Below, one piece after another: positions 27,480 to 38,835 of a stretch of 64,000 nt of DNA. How positions within the stretch are numbered: position 1 is the first letter of the stretch; every line of letters begins with the position of its first letter. The stretch comes from Ascoidea asiatica JCM 7603 (Eukaryota; Fungi; Ascomycota). The position numbers were made by a program, and so were the translations under genes. The notes under the pieces are model-generated. The model was not told where the DNA came from and ran no database searches. It was given only the letters and a program-made list of their open reading frames with translations. Location: assembly GCA_001600695.1 (NCBI GenBank), contig BCKQ01000006.1:762731-826730 (forward strand), written 5' to 3'.

Positions 27480-28923
27480 ATAGTTTTATGTTTATCTACA
27501 GTATATCTTGTCTTATTTAAAAAATAACCTTCAATCAACCTTTTGTCTATATTGATATTTTTTTTTCTTATATATTTGTTTTTAAGTTTTTATAATATTT
27601 ATTTTCTATTATTTTATGCTCTGTGCTCTATTAATTTTTCTTTCTTCAGATTATTTTGTTTTTTTTTCAAATTTAATTAATTTTAATGCTATATTGAAGC
27701 TATCGTTACATACTGTAATGTGAAGATAGGTAAAAGAAGAATAAGAAGACCCGTACTTTTGGCGACACTAAAAAAAAACAAAATAGAACATCCACAAAAC
27801 TGGTCTCATTTTTAAATATAAACCAGCTTTGTGGATCCGGGAAATAAACATCCCAAACCTTAATCGCCTACCAAAGCTAAATTAAAAAATGTCTCTGAAA
27901 AATGGAAACTGAGATTTGCAAAGTTTTCATTCAAATTCCAGAACTTTTTGGTTCTTTACAGGAATTTATTTTTTATTAAAATTGGCTTGTGAAAGTGAAA
28001 GTGAACATAAACGTGAAATTAAATCTGATAAATGTAGTAAAACATGTTTGATTAACAAAATCTAAAGAAATAAGAATACGAAAAGGAATATGGTTGTAAG
28101 AATCAGTTTTAGTGCTCCAGGTGTTTTTGTAACGTTAAATGGATAAAAAGAAGAGCCAGTGCCAATGTTACATATTTTGATATTTTAAAATAAAAGTAAA
28201 AATAAAAAAAAAAAAAAAAAGGTGTAACTTTTGACATGTGAAAATAGTTTTGAAAGAGGTTTTTTGCCAAAAGAATAAAAGACTGAATCATAAAAAGGGC
28301 TTGAATGAGAATTCAGATCAGTCAAAATTCAAAACAGTTTAAATTTTTCCAGACTTCAGGAAAATTGTTTTTCATCTTAGAAATGAATAGACTAAACTTC
28401 AATAAACTTGTGATTAAATTTCTTTAAGGCATTTTTATTCAAGTTAGCTGGAATAAATATTACTAATTGTAATAAATGAATTAGTCGACATTAATTGACA
28501 AATTATGGGTGTACAAAATGTTAAGTAAACTACAGAAATATTATTTTTATAATTTTTATTAATTATAGAATTTAATTGTATATTAGTTTAAATGAAATGA
28601 AATATATTAAAAAAATTGAAAAAAATTAAAGAAAATTGTATCTATTTCATTGATAATGATATAAAATAATTATACAATAAATTGAAACAAAATTTTAAAG
28701 AGTATACCGAATTTGAATTATAGATTTAAAAGAATCTAACCAAGATAAAAGGATTTTCAAACCGAATATCATAAAGAAACAAAATCATTACTAATTTTAT
28801 TAATATTAAACTTATTATTATTATTATGAAAGACCATACTTTCATAATAATTGAAAAAAAATCATTACACAACAACGAATCTTTTTATACTAATTACTAA
28901 TGAAGTATAAAAAGCAAAAAGAT

Positions 28924-29296
28924 TTAAAATAATGAATCAAAACCAGAATTAAATCTTTCTGGATTAAAATCCCAATCTGGTAAAGATTTATTTTGATTTT
29001 TAAAATTATTTAAATTATTTAAATTATTTAAATTATTTAAATTTAAATTTTTATTAATTAAAATTCTTGAATGATTTGAATTATTTTGAAAATTAGATGT
29101 ATAATATTTTGAATAATACATAAAATAAACCATTGTTAAAAAAGTAAAAAGAGTATGAATTTTTAAGAAATTATTTAAAAATATTTGAAAATTTTGATTT
29201 TTTAAATAAACTTCATTATCATGATAAAATTTAATAAATATCATATAAATACTTAAAATATAATAAGATATACAAATAATAAAAAATGAATTACTA

Positions 29297-29340
<44 letters not shown>

Positions 29341-29517
29341 TAAATGTAAATTTATTTTAGATTTTTTAAATAATTGATAAAATATTGAAATTGAAATTAT
29401 TGAAATTAATAAATAATTAGTTATATTTGAAGGAGTAAAAATATAATTTTTAAGTAAATCTTCATATTTATTATATAAATTATAGATTGAATTAAAAGAT
29501 AAATAACCTTCTGACAT
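28924..29517 (-). CDS. Hypothetical small membrane protein
   Basis: ATG preceded by an A-run, 197 codons, 2-3 hydrophobic segments, poly-N insert, and a complex C-terminal tail PDWDFNPERFNSGFDSLF; no family recognised. Confidence 0.6.
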
Positions 29518-30619
29518 TTTTTTTTTTTAATAAATTAATTAAATATTAAAAGAAAACTTGATATGATTTGATATGATTTGATATGACTTGATAAGATATA
29601 ATATAATATGATACAATATAATTTAATATAGTATAATAAAGTATAGTATAAGATAAAGTAAAGTGAAGTAAAGAATATAAACATATATTGAATGTGAAAG
29701 AAATTTAAAAAAACTAAAGGAAATTTCAAGGGACTTTTATATGCAAAAAAATAAATATTGAATAATTGGATATAATTGAAAAGATAGTATTTGTAACAAT
29801 GGTTGTATATTTTAGAGCATGATAAATAAATAAAATGATATAATAGTATACTGTAGTGTAGTTGTAGTAACAGTAATTTTAGTTTAAAGCTATTCATACT
29901 TTGAAAAATTATTCATATAAATGGTAAAAATGGAATAATTATAATATAAGAACTAGATTTATTTAAGCCAAAGATTTATTTCTTTTTAGTTAAATATCTG
30001 AATCGTATCCATGGTACAGAGTAAATGAGACTAAAATATAATTTAAATCCTGGAAAGTGAGTAATTTTGAATCATTAAGGAATAATAAAAAAAATTATAA
30101 ATATAATAAAGAAAGACACATGAAAATTAAAAGATTTTGATTTCAATGAAATATAAGTTCTAGTTCGAGAATATAATCCAGTAACATAATGTTAACTCTT
30201 GACGATTTGATCAGTTTTCATTTAAATTAGGAAATTAAAATTTTAAAGGAATGATAAGGTTTTGATTAGTTCTACTTGATGAAAATAATACATTTTACAT
30301 AACTTATAATTATTTACTGATACAATTATCTTTTAGTGAAAGTTAAAGGAAGTCATTGAATAGCTGGATGAAAAGGAGTTGATTTTATAATATTACGAAG
30401 TTTCACAGGTTCTTCTCAATTAGAATGCTGGATCTGATGAACCATTTGATTATATTCTGTCTGTAATAATTATGATTCTTGTTCTTCTACTTTGTTGTTT
30501 TACTGTTTATATCCTTTTTGATTATTTGGTTATTAAATTCACTGAGCTCAATTTCATATATTTGAATATTCGAAGATTGAAACCCTGAAACCCTGGCAAT
30601 TAAAGTTTTACAAATAAGA

Positions 30620-30673
30620 AGTACCACAAAACTGGCCAGTACCACAATCCTGGAGAGTGCCACAAAACTGGCG
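30620..30673. repeat. 18-bp x3 tandem repeat carrying CCACAAAA (Ndt80 MSE-like) cores
   Basis: agtaccacaaaactggcc / agtaccacaatcctggag / agtgccacaaaactggcg. Confidence 0.8.
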
Positions 30674-30996
30674 ACTGCTGACGTAATTTAAAAGAAGATC
30701 CGTGTTTCTGGCGTCACTGTTTCCGTTTTGGGATGCTAGCTGAATGTTGGATGCACCACTTTTCAATTTAATGTTTAATTTATTGTTTATTTACCTTTTT
30801 TTAGATCTTTTTTTTATTAATCAGAAATCAAATTATTTAATTTTTGATTTTTTAATTGACCATCTGCAATCAGTTTATTGGATTCATTCAAACAAGACCA
30901 AAAAAAGGGTGCAAATGCTGGTGATTCATCATAGTTTTATTTAAGTTATTGTTTGAAGTGAAGAGTGGAACTTTGAAGGATTTTAATTTGTTTTCA

Positions 30997-31426
30997 ATGA
31001 TGGTCAATAACAGCGCTAACCCAGTCATTGATATCAGCACTGACTCTGAGAATGATCCCCAGAAAGATGATGCTTTCATTGATATAGATGAATATATTGA
31101 TATGGAAAATAGACTTCAGAATGCTGAAGAAGACGATGATGATGAAGATGAAGAGGATGAAGATGATGAGAACAGTGATAATCTCTTCAATAATCAATTC
31201 AGTATCAAAACTGCTAAATCTAATAAACAAAATGTATCTTTAAATGATCATCTAAATGAATTTGAAATAGATAATGATAATGAAAGTGATTTTGAAAGTG
31301 ATGATGATCAAGGATCTGATCAAGAATATGAAGATTTAAGAAATGCTCAAAAGACTTCTTATATAATTTATCCGAAATCAAAATCTGAAAAATTGAAATT
31401 TTTTAAAGAATTTAAAAAAAATTATG

Positions 31427-31476
<50 letters not shown>

Positions 31477-34467
31477 CAAAATAGTAAGAAAAAAAATAAA
31501 AATAAGAAAAGTAAAAAAAACAATAACAATAACAATAATAATAAAATCTCAAAATCTAACTCTCAACCAAGATTTTTAAAAAATAATAAAAATAATATAA
31601 AAAAATTAATTTATCCATTAAATTATCAAATTTCAAATTTAATTGATAATCCAATTCCTTTTTTACCTTTATTAATTAATATTAATTCAAATTCTAATTC
31701 AAATTCTAATTCAAATTCTAATCCAAACTCTAATTCAAAATCAAAATCGAATATGAAAAATCCAATTCTAGAATTTGAATCACTCCATCAATCAAATTTA
31801 AGATATAATCTATTTATAAATTATTGGGATTCAAAACAATTAATAATTAATAATATCTTATTGAATTATAATAATTCTTTATTCACTCAAATTATTTCTA
31901 TATTATCGAATTCTAAAACTATTTTAAATAATAAATTATTAACTTTATTTCTATCTTCTTCAGATATAAATATAAATAATAATGATAATAATAATCTTTT
32001 AAATAATTTAATTAATCCATTATCAAATAAATTTGATAAAATTAATTTTAAATTAATCCATTTAAATTCTTTATCTTCAAATTCTATAAAAAATTTATTA
32101 AAATATCTAATTTTAAATCTATTACCAAATAATAATATCAATAATAATAATAGTAATGATAATTCTATATCAAAACTCAATTTTAAAAATTATGATTTCA
32201 ATGATTTTATGAAAATTGTAAATCATTCTTCAAAAAAGTATAATAAAATTATTCTTTTTTTTAATGATTTTCAAAATTTTAATCAATCTATTCTATTAGT
32301 ATTTTTAAAATTTGTAATCAATAAAATTAATTTAAATTTAAATTTAAATTTATCCTTTAATTTAATTTTAAATATTAATTCAAATTTAAATTTATTTAAT
32401 CAATCAATTAATTCTAAAATTTTGAATTTATTTAATCCAATTTATTTAGATGCAAATAAAATTAATAAAAAAAATTCTTTATTCATAAAAATTTCAAATC
32501 AAATTTTATTATCTTCAATAAATGATAATAATTTAATATATTTTGGTCCAAATTTAATAAAATTATTATTATCAAGATATAATTTCAAAATTAATTCAAT
32601 TCTTTCATTTATTTCAACTATAAAATTTTCAATTTTATCTCATTTTTATAATCAACCTCTTTCTATATTTTTTAATTCAAATTTTAACTCAAATATTATT
32701 TCAATTAATCATATAAAATTATTGAAATTATTACCTTCTTTTAAAAAGTTTATTGAAAATTCTTTAGATAATATCAATCTCTTAAAAGATAATAACGCAA
32801 AAAAAAAAATTTTAAATTTAATTAAAAATATTTCTTCTTCAAATTATATTGTTAAAAATAATAGTAATAATGAAAATAATAGCGAAAATCACATCGATGA
32901 AACTCAATTTTTCGTAAATGAATTTATGCCTCTTGCGTTTAAAAAATCAAAATTATATATGAAAAACTTTATGAGTATTTTAGACTTTATAATAATGGCT
33001 CAAGATATAATTGAAGAAAATGAGTCTTTTTTGAAAAAATTAGCATCCATTAAATCAAAAGCTTATCAAAAGACAAATATAGATTTAAATCTTAATAATA
33101 GCAAAATTCCTTCTCCATTAACTTATAAACTTCAAACTCCTGCTTCTTCAGTTATTAATTCAAATTCTTCTCAAACTTCTTCTTTCAAACCTTTCTCCAA
33201 GTTAGATTTGTATTCAAAGGCAATTAATAACTCTTTGTTGAATACAAAATTTATCAATTTGTTTTTATCGTCCTTGAAGAAACTATTACCTCATTTTTTG
33301 GTGAAATTTTATAAGCTAATCAAGGATTATTCAAATAAATTACTTTCAAATTATAAAAATGACCCGATTTTTAAATCTAACCTTATTATAGATATATTCA
33401 TTAATAAATTCGATTCGGAATCAAAATCCCAAGGTAATGATTTAAATAATTTTGATAAAGGTGGAATTCATTATAGAGAAATTGAAATTATGGAGATTAA
33501 TGATATTGACTTTAATGATCCCATCCTTGTTAAGAAATGTTTAAATGATGGTTTACATGATCTTCATTATCCAATTATAGTTTCATATGAACATATTTTG
33601 TCTAAATTAATTTCACTTGTCACTGATTTATTTTCGGAACCATTCAATAAATTTTTGATAAATAGTAAAAGCGATGAAGATCTCATTTTCTTATTACATG
33701 AGCATATGATTAATAGAAGCTATTTATCTGATTATACAGAAAATGTACTATTTAGTGAAATTTATACAACTAATAATTATAATGCAGTTAAATTTGGATT
33801 TTTCCCTTCATTGAGAAATTCTATTGAAGATGCTTTCATCAACCCTTCAAATTATATATTTGATACAACTGAAGAAAATAAAAAAAAAAAACTTACTGAC
33901 ACTATTCATGATCCACAGGAAAATAGTGAGTTTACATATTTTTCTTCTGATGAGGAAGATTTACGTAACAGTCCCTTTAAAAAGAATAAGCATCCCAGTT
34001 CTAATCAAAAAAGAAAAAATAGTAAAATACCGAGTGACCCATTACAAGAACTATCTCTTTATCCAGAACCACTTATTTGTGAAATATATCGTTTGTATAG
34101 AGAAGCTCCTATTAGCATTAATATCTACGATTTTTATCAATCTTTCAAATCTCGTTTTGATGGAGATAAAATTATAACCAATTTAATTAAAATATTGAAA
34201 GATCCAAATTCTTACAAAAAGGTTTTCAAAAATGAAGCAGAAGTTACCGAACTTCTTTCATTTTTAGAAAACAATTCAAGCTTAAAAAATAATGAGATTT
34301 CAAATGAAGATGATGAAGAAGAGAATGATGATAAATTTTCTCAATGGGATAAAATTTCATTGGCTTGGTTTCTTCAAGATCTTGCTGAATTTCAACGAAT
34401 GGGATTTGTTGGACCAGATCGAAGAAAAACAGAGTTTGTTCGAAAACTAATTTGGAAGGATCTCTGA
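30997..34467 (+). CDS. ORC3: Origin recognition complex subunit 3 (expanded)
   Basis: LSHFYNQPLS, LLPSFKKFIE, FFPSLRNSIEDAF.NP..Y, winged-helix EIYRLYREAPISINIYDFYQSF, and WDKISLAWFLQ..AEF..MG...KLIWKDL. First ATG is at 30997. Confidence 0.88.
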
Positions 34468-34790
34468 TTACCATTTGATCGAACGTGGTTATGGATATGA
34501 AATAAACATTTATTGAAGTTGTAATCAACAGTGATTATAAGAATAGAATGAAATTTTAAATTGTCCAGGGTTATTAACTTTTACAGAATTGAAAGAAATT
34601 GTTTTTAGAAAAAAACTGAATGCTAATTTTTGGCAGAAAAATGTGAATTTTCATGATAGCCAGTTAGAAAAATGCATGTACAATTCTTACACAAAAAATT
34701 GTTATAAATTTCCTAACATGACTTAAAATACTTTTGGACATTTTTAGTAATACAGGTAAATAGTAAGATGAAATTATGATTTTAAATTAT

Positions 34791-37700
34791 TCAGTAACCA
34801 AATTTCGTTCGCAATGAAGAAATTTTTCCTTCGATTTCGTCTATCGGCCTATCCATTTCTTGAGATATTATTGTTTTCAGCTTTTCTGACAAATTTACAA
34901 AACACTCACAAAGATCACCATCTATTATATGCTTGATTGGACTATAATAACTTCGAAATTTTAAATGATTTCTTTCAGTCAAGAAAAAAAAATGCATCCT
35001 CATTTTCTCTGTTAGTTCTTGAAAAAATTCTATGTCTGATTTTAAAGTTAATGGAGCTAATGCACCTACTGATCCCTCTAAACATGTATATATTATGGAT
35101 TCATTCAATCCTGTCAAATCTAAAGATTTCTTATCAAAAGAAACCGGTATATCTTCAATGAAAGTATTACAAATTGATTCCAATCTATAGGGAGTACCAC
35201 TCAAAAATGAATCTTGGTTAATTAAGTAATTTCCATGAGTATCTTCATCCGATAATTTTGAAATATCCTTAGGGCATCTTAAAGCCCAGATATTTCCAAA
35301 TTTATCCCCTCCTATCACAGTATCATAATCAAGAACTGTAAAACTTGTGGTATGCCTTTTTACAATATCTTGAGCAAAAGGAATGAATATATTTTCCTTT
35401 TCTTTGAATACCACAAAAATGATTGATTCTTTAATATCTGCAACATATATTCTATATGCTTGTGCTGTAACTTTCAAAATTTTAGAACATCCTAGAATAA
35501 CTTCAGCCTTTCTTAGTAATTGTTTTTGACCTATATCATACAATCGTAGAACATTGTCAATTCCAACTAGTAATTTTCCAGAAAACTCAGACAATGCAAT
35601 GGGACCCCCAGAAATACTAGTTCTATGAAGTAATTTTAATTTTTGATTTTCGGTTATTTCAAAAGTTCGAAGAAAAAAAGAATTAGTATTTTCCTCCACT
35701 TGACAAGTTCCAACAACTATAAAAGTCTTATTTTTAGATTTAAAAAAACATGAACAAATACTGATAGGGTATTCCTTACTTGAAAATTCTAAGTGCTGAA
35801 GCATTTCATGAGAATTCATATCAAACGATTGAATACAAGATGAATATTTTCCTTTTTCTTTAGGATAGCCAAATTGTTCAATTCCTTCTTCCTCTTCGAT
35901 TTCCTCAAATTCTTTCAAAGTTTCTGCTTCATTTGCATCAGTTGGCAAAATAAAATTTCTGGAAGATACTACATCTTTATCATGCTCTATTATATAAAAA
36001 ACTGATTTGTTTTCTTTTGAATATGCTAATCTCCTTGGTGTGTAGCTTAAAGTTATACTATCTACATTAAATTCATCTGTTAATCTTTCTATAGTAAAAA
36101 TCATCAAATTATTTTTGTACACACCAACAATACCATTTTCTGAACATTCTTCACTGGTAAAGTTAGACCCATGATCCAAATTGAATTTATAATCTATAGG
36201 TATTAATTTAAAATTATTATCCAACATAAAACCAATATATGTTTTGAAGGACATCGCTAGAATACAATCCGTTTCATCAATTCTTACTTTACATAATTTT
36301 ACAGGTTTTGGTCCTAGATATCTAATTGTAGTTTCGGATAATTGACCAGCTATAGGATCAAGAACAGTTTTAACATAAACTCCATTTTCCATACCAACAT
36401 GAACATAAAGTATATCACGTTTAAAACCAACAGAATTGGTTGAAGTTTGCATTGGCATTATTACTAAACTTGAAGCATTACTACTTAAGGCTTGAATAGA
36501 TAAAAGTTCTAATGTATTTGAAGGGTCAACTGATAAAACTCTTATTGTTTGATCATTACAACCCACGGCTAGAAAAGGTGATCTCAATTTACCTTCAGGA
36601 ATATCACCTAAAGATAAAGAAGTTATTTGTCCTGGCATTTCTTTTCTTTCAGTATATTCTATTAATTGTTCATCATCATCAATTTCAAAATATACAAGAT
36701 CCCTATTAGATAATCCAATTGCAACTTGGTAATTTGTGGAAGATGCTGATGTAATTTTAATTCCTGCAGGAGGAAACCACTCTACTATTTTAGGATCTTC
36801 TTCATTATTTTTATTATCGGAATATGAAAGATGCTTTATACCATCAGTATGAATTTGAATTAAAGAATTTAGACCTAATTGTTGAACAGCTATAGTTGGA
36901 GAATCTGTCACAAACCCAGAATTTGAAACTTCTTCAACATTTTCACCAATTGTTAAAACCAAAGTGGATTCCAAAAATGATATTATTAAATATTTATCAA
37001 ACTGATCTCTGGAAGATAATTTTGTAGTCCATACAGATATTGCATTTTGTGGAAGTTCAGAAGCAACAAGTTCATTAGCTGTCAAAGAATTTTCTAGAAT
37101 TTTTAAAGATGATCTAGAATTTGTACCACATAAAGAATAAATTTTTGGTAATTCTGTTAAAGAAGATGTTTGAGAAATGAATTTTGAACCAAGTATTGGA
37201 TTTAAAGAGTTTAAAACATCTACAAGTGATAAATTATCTAAAGATTTTGGATTAAATGATATTGAATCAAAATCATCTATTTCTTCACTTGTATTATAAT
37301 AATCTGTTGAACTAATAACTTTTTCATTATCTTCATCACCAAGTTTTTCAAATTGAAAAAATAATTTATCTGAATTTTCTGAATCAACAAACAAAAATCC
37401 AGATTTAAATATTAAAAGTGAAGTTGCAATTGGAACAGTATCAAAATATTTAATTTCCATTAATTTTACATTAAAATCTTCATTAGAAAATTTTATTGTT
37501 AATTTAAATAAATCTCCATAATTTGATTGTAAGAGAAAAAAAAAATCATGTTTCATTTTATGACATACACCAGATATTATATAATAATCATTATTAAAAT
37601 TTTGAGTTTTTCTTCTTGGAATTGGAACTGTTAAAATATTTTTTATTTTTTGAGAATGAAAATGTCTAAATTGAATGAAATTTTTACAACCTATTATTAC

Positions 37701-38594
37701 ACCACCTGGACCATCATTTCCACCTGGAACACTGAGTAAAAAATTAGAAGAATAATCGATTAATTGAGTTGATTTTTTTATTATATGATTTAAACCAAGA
37801 TCAAATTCATAAAAAGTTAATTGCTTTTTATTATTAGTATTATTATCTGTTGAACCGTAATCAAATTCAATAGCTGCAAATAAAGGGTTATCATAACCGA
37901 CATCTAAACCAACTAATTTAAAAGTTAAAACTTTAGAACGATTTGCTTCTAATGGTGAAGATATAACTAATTTATTATTTGAAGAATCTCTATTAATAAC
38001 ATAAAGTAAATTATTTTTTTCTATAGAAGAAAGCATGATTGCTCTACCTTTCGAATCTGAATCTAACATAAAACCTGGAGATAATCTTCTAATACCAGTT
38101 TTAGAAAATGGTTCATTAAATAAAGGTACGAATTTCTTTTGGGAAGATGAATCTAGTTCTAATATTGAAAAATTTCCAGAATCTGAAGTTAGAGCTAAGT
38201 AATCTTTTGAAGAGTTATTTACAATTCTAAAGGATATTATTGATCTAATTATACTAAAAACATTTTGTTGAAATAATCTAATTAATTTTCCAGTTGTTTG
38301 ATCAGGTCTAAAAAATTCTAAAAAAGTTGAATTTGCAATAACAATTTCTTGAACTTTTTTACCAGAAAATTGACCAATAACAGATTTTATTGAAGCTGAT
38401 GGTTTTTGTAAAGTTAAATTATATAAAACCAATAAATTTTTCGAGTTATTTTGAATTTGATTATCATTTTCATCTTGATTATCACTATCATTATCATCAA
38501 TTTCAGATTTATTTACTAGCTTTTTATTTTCAAACTTATCATTGTTATTATTATTTTCTAATTTATAGTTAGCGCCACCATAATTTGTTGACAT
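34791..38594 (-). CDS. RSE1: U2 snRNP SF3b subunit (SF3B3/SAP130 beta-propeller protein)
   Basis: LYNLTLQKPS, LALTSDSG, FSKTGIRRLSPG, ISSPLEAN, YEFDLGLNH, GGDKFGN, FRSYYSPIKHIIDGDLCE. Confidence 0.96.
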   Translation of the reverse strand: MSTNYGGANYKLENNNNNDKFENKKLVNKSEIDDNDSDNQDENDNQIQNNSKNLLVLYNLTLQKPSASIKSVIGQFSGKKVQEIVIANSTFLEFFRPDQTTGKLIRLFQQNVFSIIRSIISFRIVNNSSKDYLALTSDSGNFSILELDSSSQKKFVPLFNEPFSKTGIRRLSPGFMLDSDSKGRAIMLSSIEKNNLLYVINRDSSNNKLVISSPLEANRSKVLTFKLVGLDVGYDNPLFAAIEFDYGSTDNNTNNKKQLTFYEFDLGLNHIIKKSTQLIDYSSNFLLSVPGGNDGPGGVIIGCKNFIQFRHFHSQKIKNILTVPIPRRKTQNFNNDYYIISGVCHKMKHDFFFLLQSNYGDLFKLTIKFSNEDFNVKLMEIKYFDTVPIATSLLIFKSGFLFVDSENSDKLFFQFEKLGDEDNEKVISSTDYYNTSEEIDDFDSISFNPKSLDNLSLVDVLNSLNPILGSKFISQTSSLTELPKIYSLCGTNSRSSLKILENSLTANELVASELPQNAISVWTTKLSSRDQFDKYLIISFLESTLVLTIGENVEEVSNSGFVTDSPTIAVQQLGLNSLIQIHTDGIKHLSYSDNKNNEEDPKIVEWFPPAGIKITSASSTNYQVAIGLSNRDLVYFEIDDDEQLIEYTERKEMPGQITSLSLGDIPEGKLRSPFLAVGCNDQTIRVLSVDPSNTLELLSIQALSSNASSLVIMPMQTSTNSVGFKRDILYVHVGMENGVYVKTVLDPIAGQLSETTIRYLGPKPVKLCKVRIDETDCILAMSFKTYIGFMLDNNFKLIPIDYKFNLDHGSNFTSEECSENGIVGVYKNNLMIFTIERLTDEFNVDSITLSYTPRRLAYSKENKSVFYIIEHDKDVVSSRNFILPTDANEAETLKEFEEIEEEEGIEQFGYPKEKGKYSSCIQSFDMNSHEMLQHLEFSSKEYPISICSCFFKSKNKTFIVVGTCQVEENTNSFFLRTFEITENQKLKLLHRTSISGGPIALSEFSGKLLVGIDNVLRLYDIGQKQLLRKAEVILGCSKILKVTAQAYRIYVADIKESIIFVVFKEKENIFIPFAQDIVKRHTTSFTVLDYDTVIGGDKFGNIWALRCPKDISKLSDEDTHGNYLINQDSFLSGTPYRLESICNTFIEDIPVSFDKKSLDLTGLNESIIYTCLEGSVGALAPLTLKSDIEFFQELTEKMRMHFFFLTERNHLKFRSYYSPIKHIIDGDLCECFVNLSEKLKTIISQEMDRPIDEIEGKISSLRTKFGY

Positions 38595-38646
38595 TGCTTG
38601 AAATAAAATTCAATACAAATTTTTTTTAAGATGAAATAGTACTTAC
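38558..38646 (-). other. Putative 89-nt spliceosomal intron overlapping the RSE1 start codon
   Basis: Minus strand: AAG/GTAAGTA donor at 38646, branch CGCTAAC at 38574-38568, TAG acceptor ending at 38558. Confidence 0.5.
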
Positions 38647-38827
38647 CTTTGAGATGAAAGTGAAATATCAAACAAAAAAGGGATCAAAAGAAATTATATA
38701 TCTATTTATTTATCTTTTTATTCATTTGATTACTTTTATAATTTCAATAAATGAAAGATATTTTAGAACGAAAAGATAAAAGATAAAATAAATAAATAAA
38801 TAAAAATAAAAGTAGAAAATGGAGGGC

Positions 38828-38835
38828 TCACGTGA
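38828..38835. promoter_or_regulatory. Cbf1-type E-box in the RSE1/MSK1 divergent promoter
   Basis: Palindromic TCACGTGA, the only GC-rich spot in the 386-bp intergenic region. Confidence 0.6.

Noticed and set aside
27800-27827. U4 snRNA (CTGGT...TATAAACCAG resembles the yeast U4 central hairpin)
   Set aside because: No U6-pairing stems, kink-turn or Sm site recognisable in the flanks
29535-29897. 120-aa minus-strand ORF upstream of the orphan membrane gene
   Set aside because: Y/I/F/L-dominated translation of degenerate short repeats, with no protein-like signal
30620-30673. CRISPR-like or mobile-element repeat
   Set aside because: Eukaryotic context, directly abutting units with no spacers, and no cas, transposase, LTR or TIR features recognised anywhere in the window
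38639-38700. U1 snRNA gene (TACTTACCT...GATCAAAAG on + strand)
   Set aside because: Starts GTAC rather than ATAC, no stem closes the putative 70K loop, and it lies antisense within the RSE1 leader. Better explained as a minus-strand 5' splice site.
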